Below are positions 8,447 to 15,911 of a DNA stretch of 64,000 nt, one piece after another (positions within the stretch are counted from its first letter, which is position 1; each line of letters opens with the position of its first letter). Under the pieces are notes generated by a model that was not told the DNA's origin, made no database searches, and was given only the letters and a program-made list of their open reading frames with translations. A program made the translations under genes and the position numbers. This stretch comes from Candidatus Eiseniibacteriota bacterium (lineage in GTDB: Bacteria > Eisenbacteria > RBG-16-71-46 > SZUA-252): assembly GCA_963724515.1 (NCBI GenBank), contig CAVRUU010000002.1, forward strand, positions 2,942 to 66,941. Reading direction: 5' to 3'.

Positions 8447-10612
8447 CTACAGCAAGTGGAACCTCTTTCTCAGAATCCACTCGCCGGTCGCGCCGAGCAC
8501 GAGCACGATGAAGAGCGCCGAGTTGTGGAAGAGATCCAGCTCGACCATCCGCGCCTTCGCGGTCTCGGGGGAGCGAAGCCTTGCGAGAACGGCGCCCGGC
8601 TGGTCGAGCGGGGCGGACTCGCCGCCCGATCGCGAGGCGAGCCGCTCGAGCACGGCCGGATCCGCGTTGAGCGATTCGAACTCCACGCCCTGCTCGCCCA
8701 CGGCTACACGAATGCTATCGACACCCACCAACCTTCCCGAGGCCTCCACCCGTCCCTGGAGCGAGTAGATCCCCTCGGGGAGCTGGACCAGGCCCGCGAA
8801 ATCGCTCTGGGTCGACGGTGTCATGACGGACGCGCCCGTAACACCGCGGCCGCCGATCCTACGCGCGGTCACCGTCGCGCGGGCGCCCCGCGCGAGCGAC
8901 GGGTTCGAGAGCGCGATCCGCACCGGGATCGGTCGCTCCGCCGGAGTCAGGTCGGGTGCTGAAATCCGGACCGGGCGCTCGTCCACGCTTTGCGCGAGCC
9001 ACGTCGCGAGACCGCCGAAGAACGAGGGCTCGATTCCGGAACCCCCCGAAAGACCGGAAGCCGTGAGCCCCCACCGGTACACTCCGCTCGCGGTCAACAC
9101 CGCCACGCGCCCCGCTCCGACCCTCCCCGCGAGAAGCAGCGGCGTCGGGTCCGGGCCGGTGCGGACCACGAGAAGCGGCGCCAGGGCTCCTCCACTCACT
9201 CCAAACGTCACGGGAACCTGGACGGGGGGGAGCGCGCGCCACGCGGCGGTCGCGCTCGCGGCGTCGCCGCCCAGAAGGGAGATCTCGTGCGCTCTGCCGG
9301 CAGGCGTGAGCTCGACGGCGGCTCCCAGCGCGGGGGCCCGACTCATCTCCCGCCATTCGAGCCCGAGCGCCTGCGTGAGGGGACTCGGGGCCGGCGGTCG
9401 GTTCAGCGGATCGGTCCAGAAGAGAACGCCGCCGCCACCTTCGAGAAAACGCAGGATCGCGGCACTCCGCTCGGGCGTGAGCGTGCGCGAATCATAGCGG
9501 ACCACAGCCACGTTCACGTCGAGCAACGCCTGCCCGAGCGACAGCGGATTCCCTCCAAGGGGCGCGACGGCCGACGGACCCGAGGGAACGAGCCGTTGCA
9601 CGGCCCAGGAGGTGTCCGACTCCACGCCGCGAGCGAGCGAGCGCAGATCCCAGTCCCACGCGTCTGCCAGCAGGGGCAGAACGCGCTTCGCGGGCCTCGC
9701 GGTGACGGCCACCAGACGTCTCTTGTTCTGGGTGATCCGGTCTCCGGGCAGGCTGTCCAGCCTGACCGTGAGGAAATGCTTTCCGCGCTCGCCGAGCGTG
9801 AACGGAATCACGACGCGCACCGTCGACGAGGGGTGGTCGAGCGCAAAGGACGCGCGACCCAGCTCCCGTCCACCATCGCCCAGACGGGCGACTCCGCGCG
9901 TGGCGGGGCGCGACCCGTGGCGGATGGTCACGGTGAGCACCGCGGGCTGCCCGATCACGACCTCGGCCGGAGCGTCGATTCCGCCGATTCCGGTCGTCGG
10001 GGGATCGCTCGCCACGCCCGTGACGAGCCCGAAGGCGGGCACCGCCGATTCCAGCACGCGCTCGGGATCCTCTCCCCGGTTCACGGCGCCGTCGCTCAGA
10101 ACGAGAACCGCCGCGAGCGAATCGGGATCGACGCGGTCGAGCGCCTCGCGGAGCGCATCCCCCAGCGCGGTCTCTCCGGCCCCGCGCGTGACCGTGGACT
10201 TCTTCCAAGCGCCCGGCGTCTCGATCGGCCCCAGCTTGACGTCGAACGGCGCCAGGCGCACGTCGTAGCGCCCCGAAAGCTCGCCGGCGATGGCAGCCGC
10301 CGCGCTGTCCGCGACCTCCCGGCGCGTGCGCCCCGAGCGATCCCCATCGCGCACCTCCATGCTCCCCGAGTGGTCCACGAGAATGAGGATCCGGTTTCGC
10401 TCGCGCGAGGCGGCCGAGTAGCGCAGAACGGGCGCGAGCGAGGCGAAGAGGAGCGCCAGGAGGGTGATCGTGCGCACGGCGACCAGGATCGCGCGGCGCC
10501 GCGGCGGGAGCACCGGATAGCGCGTGAGGTAGAGCGCCAGGCCGAGCGCCAAGGCTCCGAGGACGAGCACGAGCGCGATGAGATTGGGCGCGGACGACAG
10601 CGTGAAATTCAT
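8447..10612 (-). CDS. VWA-domain membrane protein (BatA-like double-TM N-terminus, C-terminal TM)
   Basis: 721 aa with two N-terminal TM helices. The VWA MIDAS-like motif is ILILVDHSGSM...VLVLSDGAVN. The C-terminal TM is FHNSALFIVLVLGATGEWILRKR. Confidence 0.85.
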   Translation of the reverse strand: MNFTLSSAPNLIALVLVLGALALGLALYLTRYPVLPPRRRAILVAVRTITLLALLFASLAPVLRYSAASRERNRILILVDHSGSMEVRDGDRSGRTRREVADSAAAAIAGELSGRYDVRLAPFDVKLGPIETPGAWKKSTVTRGAGETALGDALREALDRVDPDSLAAVLVLSDGAVNRGEDPERVLESAVPAFGLVTGVASDPPTTGIGGIDAPAEVVIGQPAVLTVTIRHGSRPATRGVARLGDGGRELGRASFALDHPSSTVRVVIPFTLGERGKHFLTVRLDSLPGDRITQNKRRLVAVTARPAKRVLPLLADAWDWDLRSLARGVESDTSWAVQRLVPSGPSAVAPLGGNPLSLGQALLDVNVAVVRYDSRTLTPERSAAILRFLEGGGGVLFWTDPLNRPPAPSPLTQALGLEWREMSRAPALGAAVELTPAGRAHEISLLGGDAASATAAWRALPPVQVPVTFGVSGGALAPLLVVRTGPDPTPLLLAGRVGAGRVAVLTASGVYRWGLTASGLSGGSGIEPSFFGGLATWLAQSVDERPVRISAPDLTPAERPIPVRIALSNPSLARGARATVTARRIGGRGVTGASVMTPSTQSDFAGLVQLPEGIYSLQGRVEASGRLVGVDSIRVAVGEQGVEFESLNADPAVLERLASRSGGESAPLDQPGAVLARLRSPETAKARMVELDLFHNSALFIVLVLGATGEWILRKRFHLL

Positions 10613-10737
10613 CGATCGGACCTCGTGCGAGAGAACACTCGCGAACGTGCTCGAATGGACGGGCGGGGACGTTTCACGGAGGCGGCTTCCAGGAGGACGC
10701 CGGGAGGTTACGGCGGCGGAACGAAACCGGTCAAGCC

Positions 10738-10775
10738 GGAAAATGAAACGCCCCGCCTCTTGGAACGAGGCGGGG
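10738..10775 (-). terminator. Rho-independent terminator after the STAS gene
   Basis: On the minus strand: CCCCGCCTC-gttccaa-GAGGCGGGG (a perfect 9-bp GC stem) followed by cgTTTCATTTTCC, beginning 24 nt after the stop at 10800. Confidence 0.7.
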
Positions 10776-10799
10776 CGCGATTCGGTTCCGTTTCGCTCG

Positions 10800-11474
10800 C
10801 TAGAATCTCGTCGTGCTTCCGGAGGCCGCGCTCGACTTGGAGTAGGCTTCGCGCCGCTCGCGCGTGTCCAGCTCGAGCTTCCGGAGGATCACGTAGAGCT
10901 GCACGGGATTCATCTCGCGGCCGCCCAGCTCGGGTCGGCGCAGCTCTTTCTGGATCCGCATGAGACCGTAGTCCGGGTGCTTGCGCGCGATTTCGCGAAC
11001 GAGGTCATCGTCCGACAGGATCGTCTCGCTCCGCCGCAGCCCGTCCTCACCCGAATCCGGGTTCGGCTGGTGCGCGGATGAGGAGGGTCCGGAGGACGGC
11101 GCCGGACTGGCGGGCACGATGGGTCCGAAAGAGGCGACGGCCAGGTCGGCGTCGGTATAGGACTGCAAGATGTTCTCGAACTCGAGCAGGTCGAAGACCT
11201 CACGCACGTCGGGCGCCATGCCCGCCAGCTTCAGGTCTCCACCATGCTCGCGGATTTCCCGGATCTCGCTGATGAAGATCCCCCATCCCGCGCTGGAGAT
11301 GTACTCGACCCGCGCAAGGTCCACCACCACGTGAAAACGCTTCTCACGGAGCAACGCCTGCAGGCGCCGTTCCAGATCCGGGCTGGTGGTGGTATCCACG
11401 TACCCGGAGACGCGCAGGATCGATACACCCCGGTTCTGTGCGGCCTCTTCGACGTAGACGTCGATACCCTTCAT
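10800..11474 (-). CDS. STAS-domain anti-sigma-factor antagonist (RsbV/SpoIIAA-like) with a ~100-aa C-terminal extension
   Basis: 224 aa. The STAS core (LRVSGYVDTTTSPDLERRL...VVVDLARVEYISSAGWG) includes the phosphorylatable Ser context. A Pro/Ser linker leads to a C-terminal segment (DDLVREIARKHPDYGLMRIQKELRR...VQLYVILRKLELDTRERR) that resembles IS3-type transposase HTH modules. The start overlaps the upstream stop (ATGA). Confidence 0.9.
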   Translation of the reverse strand: MKGIDVYVEEAAQNRGVSILRVSGYVDTTTSPDLERRLQALLREKRFHVVVDLARVEYISSAGWGIFISEIREIREHGGDLKLAGMAPDVREVFDLLEFENILQSYTDADLAVASFGPIVPASPAPSSGPSSSAHQPNPDSGEDGLRRSETILSDDDLVREIARKHPDYGLMRIQKELRRPELGGREMNPVQLYVILRKLELDTRERREAYSKSSAASGSTTRF

Positions 11475-13933
11475 TCTCCCCCTCCTTGTCCTTCTGGGGC
11501 ACGGTCGGCTCGGGCGGTCGAAGACAGCGCCTGCGCCAGCCTTGCCATACGTCTATCGGTCCCGTTTTGGGCGAACTCAAGCCTTTTTTCCCGCGTGTTA
11601 AGCCCGTTCTTCTTTAGAGTTAGGTAGACCGTGGCCGGGGTCAAACCAGGCCCCGCCTTGCGGGTCGCGATGAGCAGCTCCGCGACTCGCTTCGCGCCCA
11701 GAAGAGGCTCGGCTTTCACGACCGCCAGGATCGCGGCTTCCTCCTCGAGGCTCGCCCGCGCGAGCCCGGCCCGCGGCCGGAGGCTCTTCAGCCCCTCCTC
11801 GCCTCCAACCTCGGCGACGCGGCGGCGGTAGCGGTAGTAGGTCGACGGCGCGATCTGCAGCTGCTCGCATGCTTCCCCGACCGGCATTCCCTCCTGCTCG
11901 ACGAGCCGGAAGAGCTCGCGCCGCTTCGACTCGATCCTCACCTCCGGCTGCACCTTCTCCTTGATCGCCACGAGCGTGATGTCGTCGTTCTGGAGCGCGC
12001 CGGCGGTGAATTCGTGGATTTCCCGATCGAGCGCCTCGGTGAATTCCTGGGCGGTCAGGTGGCCGTACTTCTTGATCGCCGCGAGGAGCCTGCCCTCCCC
12101 GAACTGCTCCCGCGAGGGATTCATGGCCTCGGTGATGCCGTCCGTGTAGATGACGAGCATGTCCTCCTGCTTGAGCGTGAGCTTCTCGACCGAGATGGTG
12201 CGCCGGAAGAGATCGGCGTCCGGCGCGTCGATCCCGACCGGGATTCCCTTCGGCTTCAGGAAGTAGGTCGCGTCCGATTCCCCCCGATAGAGGATCATCG
12301 GATTGTGCCCCGCGCTCGCGTAGCTCACGACGCGGTTCACCGAGTCGAGCACGACGTAGAACATCGTCACGAACATCCCCTTTTTCATGTCCTCGGTGAC
12401 GAAGGTGTTCATCCGGGCCATCACGTCGGACGCGGAGCGGTTCCCGCGCGCCTCCATCCGGAGCGCGGTCCGGATCATCGTCATGACCAGGGAGCCGGGG
12501 ACGCCCTTGCCCGACACGTCCGCGACCACGACGCCGATCGTGCGCTCGTCGACCTGGACGAAGTCGTAGTAGTCCCCTCCCACTTCCTTGGCGGCACGGT
12601 AGAGCGCGCCGATCTCGTAGCCCTCCAGCTCGGGGACATTGCGCGGAAGGAGGCTCTGCTGGATCTCCTGCGCGACCTGCATCTCCTTCTGGAGCCGTTC
12701 CTGCTCGACCAGATTCCCCTGAGCCGCCCGGAACTTGGCCGTGATCTCGTTGAACGCGCGGGCGATCTCGTCGATCTCCTCGTTACCCGACCCGCCGACG
12801 TCGGCCATCATCGTTCCCTCGCCGATCGCCCGCACGCTGTCGGAGAGGACCTGGATCGGCCGCACGAAGATCCCGATGAGGATCATCGAGAGGACGCAGC
12901 CGAGGAACAGGATGAGGAGCGCGATCCCCGCCAGCTCGGCGCGCGCCGCCCCGATCCGCGCCCCGATCGCGTGCTCGCTGATCCCGATCTGCACATATCC
13001 GAGCACGGTGGCGAGGGCCTTTCCCATCGTGCCGGCCCGCACCGGCTCGACGATCGTCCCGACGCCGTTGCTCACAAGGTAGGCCGGGGGCGCCCACTGG
13101 CCGCCGAGACCCGCGCCCGATCCGGACTTGAGCCCGCTTCGCTCGGTGGTGAAGAGCTCCTCGAACCGGTTGCTGCCCCACACGCGGCCCGCGGTGTCGA
13201 GCACCCGCGCCGAGACGTAGTCCGGATTCGCCTTGAGCGCGGCGCGAATCGACTGGTTCAGGAGTGTCTGCTCGATCGACATCGGCTCGGGCCGCGAGAG
13301 AACGTCCGCCGCCGGAATCGCGAGCCCGCGCGCGACGCTCCGCGCATGCAACAGGGTCTCCGCCCGGATGCTCTGCATCTGGCGTGCGTGGATGGCCGTG
13401 AAGGCGACCGCCACGAGGAAGGTCATCGCGCCGAACGCCTGAAGGGTGTACGTGAAGCGGAGCGAGCGCGGCCGCGTGCTGCCGCCGGCCCGGCGGCGCC
13501 GCCGGCCGAGGCGCTTCGACATCGTGAGGGCGTTGCCGTCGGCGCTCCCCCGGTAGCGCACCTCGTCCATGAGCTGATTCATGAGGAAGACGCCGAGTCC
13601 GCCGCGCTTTCGGGTCTCGACGTACATCTTGAGGTCCGGGCTCTTGACGTTCCTGAGGTCGAAGCTCTCGCCCTGGTCCCGGATCTCGATCGAGAACTCG
13701 CGCTGGTTTCCGGTCACGACGACTTCGATGAAGCCGCTCCGCCCCTTGTAACCGTGCTTCACGACGTTCGTGCAGGCTTCGTCGACCGCCAGCTTCGTGT
13801 TGGCGAGAACCTTCCCCGGGATCTGGATCTTCTCGCCGACCTCCTGGATGAAGTCGCGGATCTCGGCGAGATGCCGGTCCTCGGCCGGAACGCGGAGCTG
13901 GAAGCGGCGGGTCGGTCCCGCCTTCCGGATCAT
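11471..13933 (-). CDS. Multidomain partner-switching regulator: RsbW/SpoIIAB-like kinase, 2 TM with an extracytoplasmic loop, HAMP, PP2C (SpoIIE) phosphatase and an HTH
   Basis: 820 aa.
- N-terminal HATPase_c_2-like region: LAVDEACTNVVKHGY...GGLGVFLMNQLMDEV.
- Two hydrophobic helices.
- HAMP: RPIQVLSDSVRAIGEG...IDEIARAFNEITAKF.
- PP2C: AQEIQQSLLP...GGDYYDF...DVSGKGVPGSLVM...YTDGITEA.
- C-terminal HTH: ACEQLQIAPSTYYRYRRR...GAKRVAELL...TVYLTLKKNGL. Confidence 0.9.
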   Translation of the reverse strand: MIRKAGPTRRFQLRVPAEDRHLAEIRDFIQEVGEKIQIPGKVLANTKLAVDEACTNVVKHGYKGRSGFIEVVVTGNQREFSIEIRDQGESFDLRNVKSPDLKMYVETRKRGGLGVFLMNQLMDEVRYRGSADGNALTMSKRLGRRRRRAGGSTRPRSLRFTYTLQAFGAMTFLVAVAFTAIHARQMQSIRAETLLHARSVARGLAIPAADVLSRPEPMSIEQTLLNQSIRAALKANPDYVSARVLDTAGRVWGSNRFEELFTTERSGLKSGSGAGLGGQWAPPAYLVSNGVGTIVEPVRAGTMGKALATVLGYVQIGISEHAIGARIGAARAELAGIALLILFLGCVLSMILIGIFVRPIQVLSDSVRAIGEGTMMADVGGSGNEEIDEIARAFNEITAKFRAAQGNLVEQERLQKEMQVAQEIQQSLLPRNVPELEGYEIGALYRAAKEVGGDYYDFVQVDERTIGVVVADVSGKGVPGSLVMTMIRTALRMEARGNRSASDVMARMNTFVTEDMKKGMFVTMFYVVLDSVNRVVSYASAGHNPMILYRGESDATYFLKPKGIPVGIDAPDADLFRRTISVEKLTLKQEDMLVIYTDGITEAMNPSREQFGEGRLLAAIKKYGHLTAQEFTEALDREIHEFTAGALQNDDITLVAIKEKVQPEVRIESKRRELFRLVEQEGMPVGEACEQLQIAPSTYYRYRRRVAEVGGEEGLKSLRPRAGLARASLEEEAAILAVVKAEPLLGAKRVAELLIATRKAGPGLTPATVYLTLKKNGLNTREKRLEFAQNGTDRRMARLAQALSSTARADRAPEGQGGGE

Positions 13934-13967
13934 GGGCGGACCTCGTAGGCGGTCTCGGCGTGGGCCC

Positions 13968-15911
13968 TCACCGGCGCGCCTCGGACTTCATGCGCTCACG
14001 CGCTTCGAGCACGTTCCGCCGCGCGCTCTCGTTCAGGGGATCGAGGACGAGGATCTGCTCCCAGTTCCGGAGCGCCTCGCGGTAGTCCCCCGCGCTGAAG
14101 GCTTCCATGCCCTTGATGTAGAGCTGCTTGATCCGCGCGTTCAGCTCGGGCTTGGGAGTGGAGAGCCTTCTCCCGATCCGGTCGCGCCAGTCCTTGGCTT
14201 CCGGGCTTCCGGGATCGAGCGCCAACGCGCGCTGCGCGGCGGCGCTCGCGTCGGCGTATCTACCCTCCGCGAACGCGCGCGCGACCTCGTTCAGGGCGGT
14301 GAGGGCCGCGAGCTTCTTGCCCAGGTTCTGCGCCTCGGCCGCCGTCTTCCCCAGGGTGGCCTCCATCTCGGCCCAGCGCGCCTGCGCCTTCGGGTCGTCG
14401 GGGCTGAGCCTCAGGGCGAGCGCGACCTGCCCGGCCGCGTCGATCACCCGGCTCTTCGACTGGAGCGAGTCCGCGCGGGCCAGCGCCCGGGCCGACGCTC
14501 GGTCGCGGGCCGCCGCCACGTCGCGCGCGAGCACCGCGAGCGTGTCGCGCGAGACGCCGCCTTGAGCCCCGGCGCTCTGGATCCCCCGCATGAGACCCGC
14601 GGCCTCCTCGGCGTCGCCACGGAGGAGCGCCTTCCGGGCCATGTCGGCCAGAGCGACGGCGAGCCTCTTGCCGCTCTCCACCTCGATCGCGGCCTTGGCG
14701 CTCCGCTCGATCTCGGCGCGCGCGCGCCCGGAGCGGGAGACATAGTCGCGCTGTCCGGGATCGGCGCGCTCGAGCACTTGCCACAGGATGAGCGCTGTCT
14801 CCCAGTCTTCGGATCTCTCGGCGGCCTCGGCCTTCGACCGATCGCGCGCGATGTCGCCCGCGTGCCGGGCGCGAAGCGAGTCCTCGGCGGCCCGGCGAAG
14901 CTCCTCGATCCGCTGCGCTTCGTAGCGGCTGATCGGAACGCCCCACGCGAGGCGGAACGCGAACTGCTGCGTGGCCTCGACTTTTCCACTCTGGTAGGCG
15001 TAGTCGAATCCGTAGCGGCGGAACTTGAGCCCCAGGCCGAATACCGGACCTCCGTCGGAGAATCCCGCGCGGATAGCGCCCAGCCCCGCGCGCGAGAACT
15101 CGGCCCCCACGCGCGGCTTCATGCCCTCCTTGCCGCGCGTGGCGAGGTCGAGAACGAGGCTTCCCACGGAGGACGCGTTCAGTCGCCACTCGGGGCTCCC
15201 CAGTCCGATCCGATAGGAGCGGTCGAGCGCGGGCGAGGTCCCGCCCAGATCGAGAGATCCCGCCACGACGTTCTGCGCCGACACGCCGATCCGGGCGCCG
15301 CGGAGCGCCGGCGGGCGGCAGAGCAGCCCCAGATCGAGCGCCGGGGCCGATGCGGAAAGGTCGCCGAGCGTCTGACCCAGGATCTTGAACGTGGCGCCGG
15401 CCCAGATCGGGCCGCGCACGCGGCGCGCGACGCTCGCGGCGGCCGCGGTCTCGCGGTAGTTCATCGAGCCCAGAGGACGATTCTGGGAGTCGTAACCCTC
15501 GATCCCTCCGGTTCCGATCCGCGCGAACCCGAGGCCGATCCCGCCGAGTCCCGGCACCGGATAGGAGACCGCGGCCAGGTCCCAGGTGGTCTCGAACTGG
15601 AGCATGCCGTGGTGCACGAGGAACGAGCGCTCGTCCTGGGTGGCAAGCCCCGCGGGGTTCATGTAGATCGCGAGCGGATCGAGGGCCATGCCCGTGAACC
15701 CGCTCACGGCCCCGGTGCTCGGCCAGCCGGCCGGCGTGGACATGAGGTTCGACGTGCCCGCGGTCTGCGCGGACGCGCGCGCGTGCGTGCTCAGGAACGC
15801 GGCGATCAGGAGCGAGGCTGCGAGGAGCGCCCGGACGAGGCGCTTCACCGGGACGCGCCGCAAGAAGCGGCGGCTCACGACGCACCGTCTGCGCAAACGG
15901 TTTCGCCTCAT
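13968..15911 (-). CDS. PorV/PorQ-like outer-membrane beta-barrel fused to a C-terminal coiled-coil/TPR region
   Basis: The track ORF is trimmed to the ATG at 15911, which overlaps the adhesin stop (ATGA). Signal peptide ...LLIAAFLSTHARASAQ. The barrel half has the PorV-family look (GFTGMALDPLAIYMNPAGLA, alternating strands, ...FAFRLAWG). The ~290-aa C-terminal half is Ala/Arg-rich helices with clear TPRs (FSAGDYREALRNWEQILVLDPLNESARRN). Confidence 0.8.
   Translation of the reverse strand: MRRNRLRRRCVVSRRFLRRVPVKRLVRALLAASLLIAAFLSTHARASAQTAGTSNLMSTPAGWPSTGAVSGFTGMALDPLAIYMNPAGLATQDERSFLVHHGMLQFETTWDLAAVSYPVPGLGGIGLGFARIGTGGIEGYDSQNRPLGSMNYRETAAAASVARRVRGPIWAGATFKILGQTLGDLSASAPALDLGLLCRPPALRGARIGVSAQNVVAGSLDLGGTSPALDRSYRIGLGSPEWRLNASSVGSLVLDLATRGKEGMKPRVGAEFSRAGLGAIRAGFSDGGPVFGLGLKFRRYGFDYAYQSGKVEATQQFAFRLAWGVPISRYEAQRIEELRRAAEDSLRARHAGDIARDRSKAEAAERSEDWETALILWQVLERADPGQRDYVSRSGRARAEIERSAKAAIEVESGKRLAVALADMARKALLRGDAEEAAGLMRGIQSAGAQGGVSRDTLAVLARDVAAARDRASARALARADSLQSKSRVIDAAGQVALALRLSPDDPKAQARWAEMEATLGKTAAEAQNLGKKLAALTALNEVARAFAEGRYADASAAAQRALALDPGSPEAKDWRDRIGRRLSTPKPELNARIKQLYIKGMEAFSAGDYREALRNWEQILVLDPLNESARRNVLEARERMKSEARR

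Noticed and set aside
11480-11930. Transposase-like HTH sequence, considered as evidence of an insertion sequence
   Set aside because: There is no DDE/integrase catalytic domain, no terminal inverted repeats and no target duplication. The HTH is in frame with, and contiguous to, the PP2C domain. I treat it as a domesticated DNA-binding module, not a mobile element.
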